Source: Smithellaceae bacterium (GTDB lineage Bacteria > Desulfobacterota > Syntrophia > Syntrophales > Smithellaceae). From it: DNA of 64,000 nucleotides. Location of the stretch: assembly GCA_963682105.1 (NCBI GenBank), contig OY821638.1, positions 463,071 through 527,070 of the forward strand, written 5' to 3'. The stretch's first letter is position 1. The number at the start of each line of letters is the position of its first letter. Position numbers and translations under genes: made by a program. Positions 1-8,940 of this stretch are shown here, piece by piece. The notes below the pieces were generated by a model, which was given only the letters and a program-made list of their open reading frames with translations, made no database searches and had not been told where the DNA came from.

Positions 1-2
1 AT

Positions 3-443
3 TTATTTCACCCTCGCGTAAAGATATTTGTCCTCTTTCATCGGCCCGAATTTCCGCATAAGCCCTTCCCGCTCGAACCCCAGCGCCTCAATCCAGCGGA
101 CATGAACCGGGTTATTTGCCATGATGACCGCCTGCACCCGGTACAGCCCCAGCTTGTCAATTGTGTCGTCAATGAAATCCACCGCCGTTTTATAGACCGC
201 TTTTGGAAAACGCTTCACATGGACAGATGGAACAAGCCAGTATTCCCCGAATCCCTTCCACGCTCCGCAGGCCACCCCAGCGCAGGCAATGACCGTGCCG
301 TCTTCCGTCCATAGAGTAATCGCCGGACCCGCTTTACTGTAAAGTTCAACCATAGCCCGATCCGACCGTTTCGCCCAGGAATCAGGGGCCAATTCCAGCC
401 AATCAAAGTCTTGAATGTCGAACTCCGTCAGGTAGGTGCTCAT
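3..443 (-). CDS. GNAT-family N-acetyltransferase (accessory gene after the lysis cassette)
   Basis: C-terminal 146 aa of ORF 3..641 with a GNAT-like core (YRVQAVIMANNPVHVRWIEALGFEREG). The ATG at 443 overlaps the upstream stop as ATGA. The longer ORF start would overlap gene 440..850. Confidence 0.65.
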   Translation of the reverse strand: MSTYLTEFDIQDFDWLELAPDSWAKRSDRAMVELYSKAGPAITLWTEDGTVIACAGVACGAWKGFGEYWLVPSVHVKRFPKAVYKTAVDFIDDTIDKLGLYRVQAVIMANNPVHVRWIEALGFEREGLMRKFGPMKEDKYLYARVK

Positions 444-850
444 TTCGTCGCTATCCGATCCCCAAACCATGAAGAAATCACCAGCTCGCAAGAATAACGG
501 ACCCCCGCCGCCCCGCTGATATCCGCCGTATTGGTCCCATGCAAAACAGCAATAACAGCCAGAATGATAAAACTCAGAACGACACCGAGCGGACGAATCG
601 CCGCGCGAAGATCCACAACACGCTGCGATGGAGTCCCGCACACATCCCGATTGAAAAAGCGCGTCATGGCGTCCATAAGGCCCGCTTGAGCCTTAAGATA
701 CTCCGGCATGACTTCCGGCTTGGTTGTGGCCAGCGTGGAAAGAGTCGCCTCCGGCGTGTCCTGTTCTTTTTTCAGGAATTTCTTTTTGATGAAATCTGTC
801 ACGGGTGGAATAACCAGCCCGGCCAATGCTACAATTGCGTCAATGCCCAT
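440..850 (-). CDS. Lysis-cassette membrane protein (holin- or spanin-like)
   Basis: 136 aa with a hydrophobic N-terminus and a strong TM segment (LGVVLSFIILAVIAVL). It sits directly downstream of the endolysin and is overlap-coupled to the GNAT gene. Confidence 0.45.
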   Translation of the reverse strand: MGIDAIVALAGLVIPPVTDFIKKKFLKKEQDTPEATLSTLATTKPEVMPEYLKAQAGLMDAMTRFFNRDVCGTPSQRVVDLRAAIRPLGVVLSFIILAVIAVLHGTNTADISGAAGVRYSCELVISSWFGDRIATK

Positions 851-852
851 GA

Positions 853-1296
853 TTAACCCTCCTCAATCATATTGATTATTTCCGCCGCCCTTTTCGGCAC
901 CTGATAAAACCACGAGGATTTTTCCATTTCCCGCGCCGCGTCAAACCATCGGCCGGTATTGACTGCGGCTATACTCTTCGAAAAACCCCGCGCCCTTTTA
1001 AATCCAAGTTGAAAAACAAAGTCCGTCAGAGCCATGCGCCGGTTGTCGGAGAAAGAATCGAACTCCGGAAACAGCACATGACAGTCAGCCACAGCCTGAC
1101 GGACGGTTATTTCTAAAAGACGGTCAATCATTTCATCCGTGACTTGCCCATTGTCTTTCAAGTACGCGGCGATATCAGGCGGCAAAGTGTTGTCGTCATA
1201 ATTATAACCAACTCCAATCGTGCGCTTTCCCGCCGTGCATCGATATGGTTTCTTCTTTCGACCTTCGTGCTTTTCGATCAGTTCATAAACGGTCAT
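853..1296 (-). CDS. Endolysin, glycoside hydrolase family 24 (T4/lambda-type lysozyme)
   Basis: N-terminal catalytic signature EGxxxxPYxxxxGxxTIGxG, seen here as HEGRKKKPYRCTAGKRTIGVGYN. 147 aa. Confidence 0.85.
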   Translation of the reverse strand: MTVYELIEKHEGRKKKPYRCTAGKRTIGVGYNYDDNTLPPDIAAYLKDNGQVTDEMIDRLLEITVRQAVADCHVLFPEFDSFSDNRRMALTDFVFQLGFKRARGFSKSIAAVNTGRWFDAAREMEKSSWFYQVPKRAAEIINMIEEG

Positions 1297-1502
1297 TCTG
1301 CTTTTCTCCCCTCAATTACACGATCAAGTTTTTTCTCGATTTTATTCAGCCAGGCGTCAAAGCTGTCCTGCTTCGCGCACACGCCCGAATGTTCTTCACA
1401 GTGAGTCCTCTCCCCTTTGCTGGGCGATGGAATAATTTTGTAGACGACGGCAACAATCCCAAAAACCCCGCTTGATATCGCTATCCCGGCCCCTATGTCC
1501 AT
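1293..1502 (-). CDS. Small single-TM protein, candidate holin
   Basis: 69-aa version of ORF 1293..1598 starting at the ATG at 1502 (TAATG overlap with the upstream stop). One TM segment (IGAGIAISSGVFGIVAVVYKII). Lies immediately upstream of the endolysin. Confidence 0.4.
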   Translation of the reverse strand: MDIGAGIAISSGVFGIVAVVYKIIPSPSKGERTHCEEHSGVCAKQDSFDAWLNKIEKKLDRVIEGRKAE

Positions 1503-4375
1503 TATCTGTCCTCCGTCCTGAATCTGGGCATCATTGAAAGAACCGTCATGGGCAGCGGTTCCGTCTGCCGAATTAACACCGTCGCTTCTAGCCCCCAATC
1601 ACCCGGGAAATTAAAATCATCCTTGTAACCGGTGAAGAGCGGGACCGCCTCCCCGACATCATCATCCGTTGTCCGGAAAACGAGAGGTTCGAGGTTATCT
1701 TCATCCGGCCCGATCCAGCCGCCGCCGGTCTGATAAAAATAGACCGTCACGCCATGGATGCGTTTGGTTTTCCCCTCGCTTGTCCCCTCTATCGAACCGC
1801 CCTGCAATGGCATCGGCTCAAGTTCTGACGTATAGGGAAGACCGACATGAACCACAGACGCCGCGTAATCCAGCGTAATTTGACCGCTGGCTACAGTCCG
1901 GGCATCGTGGACAGCGCCATCCGCCAGAATCGCCACGGCTTCACCTTCCAAGTGATCCAGGCCGGTTATCGTTGTTGCGGCCGTTCCGTCGTAGGTCAGG
2001 CCGCAATCCACGAAATAAGCGTCTGTCTGGTCATCTCCGAAGTCAAACGGTGCCAGAACCTCAATGTAACGTTTCACCACGCCGCCGATGGAACGATTGA
2101 CCAGCAGATATAAATCATCCTGTTCGGCGCCGGGAATAATGCAGATATCCTCGACGGTCCCCCCGACATCGTGTCGATGCCACCCCAAAACCTGTTGATC
2201 TTTGTCATAGGTGCAGCCGATTAAACCGCCGTCCGCCGTGCATGCCCAGACAATCGGGAAGGGCGATAGCATCAACGCCATGCGGACGATGCCGCTTCCC
2301 GTGATGTGTTCAGCGAAAGCGGTTAAATCCAGCCCCTGAAAAGAGTCCGTTTCGTAATTATAGGAGAGTTCCCGCAGGCGCTTGCCATATTCCGCCGCCC
2401 CGCGTCTCTGGACAAAGAGAATCGCATTTCCGGCGTTGATCGGATCAATGTTTGCCGAACCCTTGCGCCCCTGAGAGGTCAATTTGATATTCGTAGGCGT
2501 CAAGGCCGTGTCGCTGCTATTGGTGCCGATGCGATATTCCGAATTGACCGTGCCGGCCACTAACTGCCCCAGAGGAGAGAGCCAACGGATGATGTCCGAT
2601 TGCAGTTTATACCCGAGGGCATTTGATGCCAGCGTGCCGGGCGTAAAATCGTCGTACTCGGTTGTCTGGCTTCCCCATAGGCCGTCAGGATCATTCGGCG
2701 TATCAGCCATCATTAAACGCTGTTCGTAGAAGGCACCACAGGCGGGATAACCATTCTTCCAGGAAAACGCCCCTTCGCGCCAGTTTGCCGTTGCCGTCGT
2801 CGCGTCGAAATCCGATAAGACGTCAATGGTTGCGACCGTGCCCGAAGTGACACCGGTGATCCGGGCGTAACCGGGGTCCGCCGTCCCGTGCGTCAGCTGA
2901 ATAAATGACCCGATATGCCCGGACTCGAAAAAGTCGGAAGAGGCGGTCAATGTGATTCCAAGTCCCGTTGTGGCGGACGGTGCCATGGTGATCGCGTCCA
3001 CTTCATAAACTTCCAGCTTGTCGATGTAATAATGGGATTTAACTTCCTTGACGCTTACGGAATTGACGGCAATCATTGAAGCATGTTGCGTACCCACGAT
3101 AATGGCCGCATAAACGCCACCGGCGGTTTCTTCGTAATAAAATGTTTCTGTGTTTGCGGAAACGCCGCTTACATATTTTTCATCGGCCAGGATGACGCTG
3201 CCGGAATTATTTCCACGTCGAAATCTTATCGTAATATAACCGGGGCCTGACCAGATGACGACCAGTTTGTAAACTTTCCCGGTTTCCGTAATGAATGAAC
3301 GTGATATCAGCGTGTTGATGTCCCCGCTTGTCCCTTCCGGGTTTATCATTAAATAGCATGTCCCCGCCACGCCATCAAAGGTATGATCTGCGGACCAATA
3401 GACATCGGTCGAGTCCGGGTCTTCCGTCCAATCCCCCTCATAGGTCATGTCGTAATTTGCAATCAACTCTTCATCGTCCAGCACTTCGCCGTCAGGCGAT
3501 TCAAATTCAATTTGCGCCGCGGTCCCGCCGGATGCCTCAATAAAATACCTGCTATATTCCAGCCACTGGCTATCGGCTATCGCGTCGATTTCCTCATTCA
3601 GATTATAGGCCGATGCGCCGCCTTGTTTCGCCCTCATCAGGATAGACGTGGCGCGGGTGAAGACGCGGAATCTGACAACGTACTGTTTGCCGGTGGTCGT
3701 CGTTCCGATTGTTATCAAGAATCCCTGCCCCGTTGCACTCATCGCCACAACACGGGCATAATTTTCGCTGTAAATTCTGACGTCGGTGCGTTTCTGGACA
3801 AGAGGCGTTCCGATGCTCGTTATGCCCGTATCCTCTTCAAATTCTCCATTTGTACAAAGATTCACGCCGATTTCGTCGTTATTCCGAACCGGCTGATAAG
3901 GTCCATTGTCCAGCGGCGCGTTGTAAATTTCCCAGTCATCATGATCGTAACGGGTGATTTTCTGCACTGGATAGGATTGATGAAACATGTACATCAGATC
4001 CTTGTCTTGGGCAAAACGAAGCTGACCGATGTCGGCGGCACCGTAAGGCGATCCAATTTCGTAAGGCGTGCCGCTTGTTGTCACAACCTGGCCATTGTCC
4101 CGAATGAAGCGCATGTAATAATCCCCGGCCTCAATGACATAGGCCTGCAAGGTGGAGTACTGGAAGGGAATCAATCGGACCCGCTTTGAAGAATCTTTCA
4201 CTTCCGCAACAAAGACCGTTCCGGGACGTTTTTGCGCGCCACCGGTCACTCGCGGGAAAAAGTTCAGCATGGTCCGGCAAGCGTTTTTCCACTGTGCAAG
4301 ATCGGCCTGACCCATCATATGGGGAGACCATTCACCGGCCGTGAAATTGCTGATTTGCGGGCTTACTCTGGGCAT
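1502..4375 (-). CDS. Tail tubular protein B / nozzle-like large tail protein
   Basis: 957 aa. The N-terminus (ISNFTAGEWSP...GGAQKRPGTVFV) resembles the T7 gp12-type N-terminal motif (..GLQKRPP..) as I recall it. Late-operon position. Confidence 0.55.
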   Translation of the reverse strand: MPRVSPQISNFTAGEWSPHMMGQADLAQWKNACRTMLNFFPRVTGGAQKRPGTVFVAEVKDSSKRVRLIPFQYSTLQAYVIEAGDYYMRFIRDNGQVVTTSGTPYEIGSPYGAADIGQLRFAQDKDLMYMFHQSYPVQKITRYDHDDWEIYNAPLDNGPYQPVRNNDEIGVNLCTNGEFEEDTGITSIGTPLVQKRTDVRIYSENYARVVAMSATGQGFLITIGTTTTGKQYVVRFRVFTRATSILMRAKQGGASAYNLNEEIDAIADSQWLEYSRYFIEASGGTAAQIEFESPDGEVLDDEELIANYDMTYEGDWTEDPDSTDVYWSADHTFDGVAGTCYLMINPEGTSGDINTLISRSFITETGKVYKLVVIWSGPGYITIRFRRGNNSGSVILADEKYVSGVSANTETFYYEETAGGVYAAIIVGTQHASMIAVNSVSVKEVKSHYYIDKLEVYEVDAITMAPSATTGLGITLTASSDFFESGHIGSFIQLTHGTADPGYARITGVTSGTVATIDVLSDFDATTATANWREGAFSWKNGYPACGAFYEQRLMMADTPNDPDGLWGSQTTEYDDFTPGTLASNALGYKLQSDIIRWLSPLGQLVAGTVNSEYRIGTNSSDTALTPTNIKLTSQGRKGSANIDPINAGNAILFVQRRGAAEYGKRLRELSYNYETDSFQGLDLTAFAEHITGSGIVRMALMLSPFPIVWACTADGGLIGCTYDKDQQVLGWHRHDVGGTVEDICIIPGAEQDDLYLLVNRSIGGVVKRYIEVLAPFDFGDDQTDAYFVDCGLTYDGTAATTITGLDHLEGEAVAILADGAVHDARTVASGQITLDYAASVVHVGLPYTSELEPMPLQGGSIEGTSEGKTKRIHGVTVYFYQTGGGWIGPDEDNLEPLVFRTTDDDVGEAVPLFTGYKDDFNFPGDWGLEATVLIRQTEPLPMTVLSMMPRFRTEDR

Positions 4376-4377
4376 CC

Positions 4378-4608
4378 TTACGCCTTCCCTTCGACGGATA
4401 ACGCCGAACTTTTAACGGCGGTTTTATCCACCTTGGCCAGAACGGTCTTATCAAAATCTTTCAGGTCTTTTTCCAGCGCGGCGGAATCCATCGGGGCCAT
4501 GCAGACGCCGCTATATTCACCAGCATCCGCCCACCGGAAGTCAATAAAACCCTTTTCCAGATTGATGTTCAAGACATCCGCTTTTTTCCCATCGATTTCG
4601 ATTTGCAT
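4378..4608 (-). CDS. Hypothetical tail-module protein (76 aa)
   Basis: ORF packed tightly between the tail fibre and nozzle genes on the same strand. No recognisable motif. Confidence 0.4.
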   Translation of the reverse strand: MQIEIDGKKADVLNINLEKGFIDFRWADAGEYSGVCMAPMDSAALEKDLKDFDKTVLAKVDKTAVKSSALSVEGKA

Positions 4609-4619
4609 AATAAAACCCC

Positions 4620-7091
4620 CTACAAAATAATTCCTTTGATGACGGTCGTGATTGAGCCGGTGAAATTCGCGTCCGGATCAATGACCGCCTTCATGTTCGT
4701 GCCGTCGTGATAACGATAAGTAATTGTGCAATCCAGATAAGCAGCCAGAGCCGTCGAGGCAACAAAGCGGGTTGTATTGCTGCCATCCCCCAAGATCACA
4801 TTGACGCCCGTGGCCGTGCAAACCATCGTAATGGATTCGATTCTGATGTCCCCGGTCGGGAAGATGTTTTGATTCACACCACCGAGATATTGTGCTTCAT
4901 GCGTTCCGGTCCATGTGTTTGTCCAACGAATTTCAAATTCTCGTTTCAGACGAGCTAAGGAAGAACCAGCAGCAGGTTGAAGTGCGTGAAGTTTGTTAGA
5001 AGAGGAATCAAGCCACTGGCCAGGGGCGGGTTGGATGCCTTCGGGCTGAAGAGCTAAGGTTGTACCAATGCGCTCAACAACAAAATTCCTAATATAAAAT
5101 ACGTCATCACCACCTGTATCGGTAAAGGCAGCACCGTTGCCAAACAATGCAAAATTGTACCCTGTTGAATAATCATCAGGGCATGTGAACTCAAGGGAAA
5201 AAGGTGTAACAACATTTAAAACCGTAGCATCAAATAGCATTACTCCATTCTGCTTATATAAACGGATAAATGAGAGATTGCTATTCGTGCTTGGAATATA
5301 ATAAGTAAAACTGACTCTGTAACGTTTTCCGCCAGTTAACGCAGGTCCGACGCTGCGTGAAATACCATGCCACTGTGTTGTTGTAGTATTGCAAATGAAC
5401 ATTAACCAATCATTTTGCCCAGCTATTCCATCCACATTTCCAATAACTTCCCCAGCAGCGGCTTGCCAACCATCAACACCAGAACTAAAACCACTCGCAT
5501 AAACTGCCGTTTGGCTTCCCCACTTATCAGTAAAATTAATCCCATTGCGATAAATATCCAACACTTCGGCAGCAGTCGGCGCATAATTGCCAATAGCAGC
5601 AAGAATCGTATTTGTTGCGGAACGATAAACAGTGCTTCCAGATACAAAAAGATTTCCTGTGTTTGTAATATTATAAGCATTGCCTGCAAGTGAAATAGGA
5701 CTCCCCAACTGCACACCGTTTTCATAGAAAGTCAGTGTGTTGTTTTTAATGCTACGAACAGCCATCAACCATGTGGTTGTATTATCAGGAGAGGCGATTG
5801 TTGCTGTTGATGTTAGAGTTTGTGTCTTACTTGCTGCGTAGTCTTCTGTCAAACCTATGGATAGTTTTCTATTGCTCCCAATGCCCCAACTAAATCCGGC
5901 ATAAGCGGGACTTTGTCCACTTTTGTAGATTAAATATGTGCCACCCGCAGCCCCATAAGTAGGAGCACTTCCAACCCACAGAAAGAAGAAATCACCTGCC
6001 CCTAAATTAATATTATTATTACTGGGTATCTGAATCCCATTGCTCCCTGACGTTGAAGCCGTCATGTTGATGCCCTGCGCCATCTGTTTGGGATTGTCGT
6101 TTACAGCATCTTGCCCCTTTGCGTATGCAGTTGAAGCAATGGCCGTGCTTGACGTGTTGTCGGCTGCCGTGGCCGTCGTACAGTTCGAAAGGGTGCCACT
6201 GGCCGGAGTTCCGAGCGCGGGCGCTACGAGCGTCGGCGACGTGGCCCGAACCGGCGCACCCGATCCCGTGGCCGTGGTCCAGACGGGCGCTGTGCCCGCC
6301 CCACCGCCGACAGGAATTTGATTTGTCGCGCCATCCAGTCCCAGAATTGTTCGGGCTTCCGCCAGAGTCTTTTTGACAAAAACCCCGTCCCCGGATGCAA
6401 CCAAAAAGTCATTTGCCGCCGTGGCCAGCGCGTGCCCGATTGCCCCGATTGTTTGCCGTGCCGTGGCCGCGTCAGCATCATCCAGCAGGGTTTTGATAAA
6501 GTCCGAAATCCCCAACGCCGTCAGCATCCCCGATGCCGTGGCATATTCCAGCAATGCCCGCGCAAAATCGGAGATGACAGCTTCGTCCATATCGACCACA
6601 TCAACATTTTCCAGCCCGGAAAGGTCCGACTTCCAGCGCATCAACTGACCGGCCGCCGGTTCAGGAAATATCAAGCCGGTCACCGACGAACTACGAACCA
6701 GCGTCAAGGCCCGGTCGAGCCTGTCCTTAAGTTGCAATAGCAGCAAAATCGCCCGGTCGTTTGCCTCGTTGACGGAGGCGGCCGGAAGCGGTCCGTGATT
6801 GGTGATAGTAACCTCTTGAGAATAATCATGATCCATGTAGAGGGCGATCTGATTTCCGCTTACCGGCGCCGAAATCAATAGATCGATATGCCCCAGAGAA
6901 GGCAGGTTCGACGGCGTTGTCAATGTGACGGTGTAATCCGTGTTCAACGTCAGAACGGTTTCCGTCCCAGCGGAATTAATCAGACAGGCAATAACGTCCG
7001 TTTCCGCGAAGATCGGGAATGTGATCGAAAATGCCGTTGTGGTCCCGTTGCATTCGTAAATCTCTTTTACTTTGTCGATTTCAACCGTCAT
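4620..7091 (-). CDS. Tail fibre / receptor-binding protein with lectin-like C-terminal modules
   Basis: 823 aa from the ATG at 7091 (GGAG about 10 nt upstream; the 7118 start is TTG). The Ala/Gly/Thr-rich shaft is followed by LamG-like (FFFLWV..WLMAV..LTFYENG) and CBM-like (GW..W..GKRYRVSFTYY) segments. Confidence 0.65.
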   Translation of the reverse strand: MTVEIDKVKEIYECNGTTTAFSITFPIFAETDVIACLINSAGTETVLTLNTDYTVTLTTPSNLPSLGHIDLLISAPVSGNQIALYMDHDYSQEVTITNHGPLPAASVNEANDRAILLLLQLKDRLDRALTLVRSSSVTGLIFPEPAAGQLMRWKSDLSGLENVDVVDMDEAVISDFARALLEYATASGMLTALGISDFIKTLLDDADAATARQTIGAIGHALATAANDFLVASGDGVFVKKTLAEARTILGLDGATNQIPVGGGAGTAPVWTTATGSGAPVRATSPTLVAPALGTPASGTLSNCTTATAADNTSSTAIASTAYAKGQDAVNDNPKQMAQGINMTASTSGSNGIQIPSNNNINLGAGDFFFLWVGSAPTYGAAGGTYLIYKSGQSPAYAGFSWGIGSNRKLSIGLTEDYAASKTQTLTSTATIASPDNTTTWLMAVRSIKNNTLTFYENGVQLGSPISLAGNAYNITNTGNLFVSGSTVYRSATNTILAAIGNYAPTAAEVLDIYRNGINFTDKWGSQTAVYASGFSSGVDGWQAAAGEVIGNVDGIAGQNDWLMFICNTTTTQWHGISRSVGPALTGGKRYRVSFTYYIPSTNSNLSFIRLYKQNGVMLFDATVLNVVTPFSLEFTCPDDYSTGYNFALFGNGAAFTDTGGDDVFYIRNFVVERIGTTLALQPEGIQPAPGQWLDSSSNKLHALQPAAGSSLARLKREFEIRWTNTWTGTHEAQYLGGVNQNIFPTGDIRIESITMVCTATGVNVILGDGSNTTRFVASTALAAYLDCTITYRYHDGTNMKAVIDPDANFTGSITTVIKGIIL

Positions 7092-7096
7092 GCTAA

Positions 7097-8161
7097 TTAT
7101 CTCCGCGAATTCACCCAATCGTCAGACGCCATCTGCGGGGCGGTCCCCTCGAAGGCGTCGACTGTCTGGGCTTCGTCCAGTTTTACTTGATAAAGTTTCC
7201 ACATCGATTCCGCCGCTCCTGAACTGTTTGTTAACGGGAAAGCAATCGTAGCCGCGAGCCTGGCCGATACCGCATCGACCAGAAGGGAATCCATCGACCC
7301 GGCGGCAATCCGCTTGATGTATTGCACGTAGGCTTCGGATTCATCCGTCAGCAGATAGCCGTTCTCAACCCTGAATTTGTACGTCTCATCCTGCATGGAG
7401 AGCACCCGCAGGCAATCCGCGGGCAGAGGATAAGCATAAGCAAAACCAAAAGACGGCGTTGACGACGATGCCGCAAGCTGCGCGCTTCTGGTTGTGGCCG
7501 CGTTCCAGGTGTAGGCCCGAAGAACTGCATCAATGGTTTGCTGGTAGAACTGCGAACAGAGTTTTGCCGCCTTGGAATTATCCGACATGGACGTGATCAG
7601 GTTGTTACCGAGCAGCATCAAAGCATTATTGGCGACCTGCGTGGCGGAAGCGTTGATCGTCGGGGCAACTTCCGCCGTCGACGTGAAGTAATCGGCCAGG
7701 CGCTTACCGATGGTCCCGGCCAGCGTCATAACAGACGTCAGGGAATTCCAGACCGCCGAGGCGATAGCTGCGACTGATGTCGTGTTGATGATCGCATCCA
7801 CTTCAAGCATTTCCGTGCCGAACATTGAATCCCAGACGTTGGCCGGCACGACCATGAAGTCTTGCCAGACGGGCAGATATGTGGTCGGATCGGAATGCAT
7901 GACGCGAAGCCGCCCCAGCGTGGCCGTATCAGCGGCATCCAGAGTGACGTTGAAACATCCGTGCGCGTCGTAGGTACTGGCCGTTACAGGCTGATTTCTG
8001 ACGGCAAACGATCCGGAATTCTTCTTTAACATGATTCCGGTCGAAGAATTATCAAGAGCGGATATGATTGCCGCTGATGTCTCTTGAGAAACGCCGTCGA
8101 CACTGTCCAGCACAGGCCCGAATGATATAACAACGCTGGTTGACTGTTTAAGCCATTGCAT
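7097..8161 (-). CDS. Tail tubular protein A / adaptor-like (gp11-like C-terminal half) with an N-terminal extension of about 170 aa
   Basis: The C-terminal half (ANNALMLLGNNLITSMSDNSKAAKLCSQFYQQTIDAVLRAYTWNAA) parallels the T7 gp11 N-terminal pattern ([39 protein letters not shown]) as I recall it. Confidence 0.5.
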   Translation of the reverse strand: MQWLKQSTSVVISFGPVLDSVDGVSQETSAAIISALDNSSTGIMLKKNSGSFAVRNQPVTASTYDAHGCFNVTLDAADTATLGRLRVMHSDPTTYLPVWQDFMVVPANVWDSMFGTEMLEVDAIINTTSVAAIASAVWNSLTSVMTLAGTIGKRLADYFTSTAEVAPTINASATQVANNALMLLGNNLITSMSDNSKAAKLCSQFYQQTIDAVLRAYTWNAATTRSAQLAASSSTPSFGFAYAYPLPADCLRVLSMQDETYKFRVENGYLLTDESEAYVQYIKRIAAGSMDSLLVDAVSARLAATIAFPLTNSSGAAESMWKLYQVKLDEAQTVDAFEGTAPQMASDDWVNSRR

Positions 8162-8895
8162 CAGTTTAAACCTCTCGTTTGCTTCAAGTAGTTCATGATT
8201 CTGGGTATTACCCCGCCGCCTTCACGGATTAAAAAATCACCGTAATCTGGACCATAACCTTCGACGGCGGACATGACATAATCACTTATAGCAACAGTGC
8301 CGGTCGTGTCTTTTGTTCCGTTGATATGCGTGATGATGCATTTATTGATTTCGCAGTCGGAAATATTCCATTTGTGATCGTAAAGTGACCATCCGCTAAA
8401 GATATAATTCTGACTGCTTGCCAGCGTATCAATCGAACAGTATTTAAATTTGACGGCTGTTTGGGAACATGGCGATTCCTGTGCCACCCACGAAAGATAT
8501 CCCAGATAAGTAAAGTCCAAAATACATTTACTAAGTATCGTTGTTAAGGTGCCCGCCGAAGATAGATTGTGCTGAATGCCGTACATTGATGATCCCGTAA
8601 TAAGCTTGCACGATTCGATCATCAGGTTCAGATTATCGACCGCCCGGCATCTAATCGCCGGAAGGGACGATGTATAAAGAACTGTATTGCTCGCGCTTCC
8701 GATGCCTTTTATGCTTATATTTCGGCCCGTGATTCCATTCAAATCTATTGACGCCCAACTGCCTTCATCAAGAAGGATGAGCAAATCCCCGGATGTCCCG
8801 GATATCGCCGCGGCTACCGTGGCATAATCCTTCCCGCTGCCGACTGTGACGACGTTGCCCGTGAACCTTACTCCATTGATGTACCAATCCGACAT
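8161..8895 (-). CDS. Beta-helix-like tail-associated protein (possible depolymerase/tailspike module)
   Basis: 244 aa from the ATG at 8895. Repetitive short hydrophobic/Asn/Ser/Cys rungs (ISIKGIGS.., LNLMIESCKLITG.., ISDCEINKCIITHINGT) suggest a right-handed beta-helix. Visibly AT-richer than its neighbours. TGATG overlap with the next gene. Confidence 0.4.
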   Translation of the reverse strand: MSDWYINGVRFTGNVVTVGSGKDYATVAAAISGTSGDLLILLDEGSWASIDLNGITGRNISIKGIGSASNTVLYTSSLPAIRCRAVDNLNLMIESCKLITGSSMYGIQHNLSSAGTLTTILSKCILDFTYLGYLSWVAQESPCSQTAVKFKYCSIDTLASSQNYIFSGWSLYDHKWNISDCEINKCIITHINGTKDTTGTVAISDYVMSAVEGYGPDYGDFLIREGGGVIPRIMNYLKQTRGLN

Positions 8896-8900
8896 AATAA

Positions 8901-8926
8901 CCAAAAGGGGCGCTATAGCCCGCCCC
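8901..8926 (-). terminator. Terminator-like hairpin between the capsid module and the beta-helix gene
   Basis: Minus strand GGGGCG-GGCTATAG-CGCCCC followed by TTTTGG. Confidence 0.5.
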
Positions 8927-8940
8927 GTGGCTTTTAGTGG

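Noticed and set aside
3-641. Long N-terminal extensions offered by the ORF track: GNAT 212 aa, portal 601 aa from 13918, methylase 534 aa from 24856, flgA from 46997, flgF from 48453 and FlhB-C-like from 49074.
   Set aside because: The extensions overlap upstream genes, are Arg/Pro/Cys-rich, or start at non-ATG codons. Internal ATGs with SD sequences or ATGA/TGATG coupling give canonical N-termini.
3383-4189. 268-aa plus-strand ORF inside the nozzle gene. Similar long antisense ORFs occur at 9353..10153, 10949..11617, 12572..13036, 45321..45737, 56012..56845, 56870..57406, 58031..58579 and 61676..62650.
   Set aside because: All lie antisense to genes with clear homology-type motifs. They are Arg/Gly/His-rich with low-complexity composition typical of shadow ORFs in GC-moderate DNA, and they lack Shine-Dalgarno sequences.
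4378-7118. A diversity-generating retroelement around the tail fibre, considered because the phage has BPP-1-like features.
   Set aside because: There is no reverse transcriptase ORF anywhere in the window, and I found no template/variable repeat pair near the fibre 3' end. The gene downstream of the fibre is a 76-aa ORF followed by the nozzle gene.
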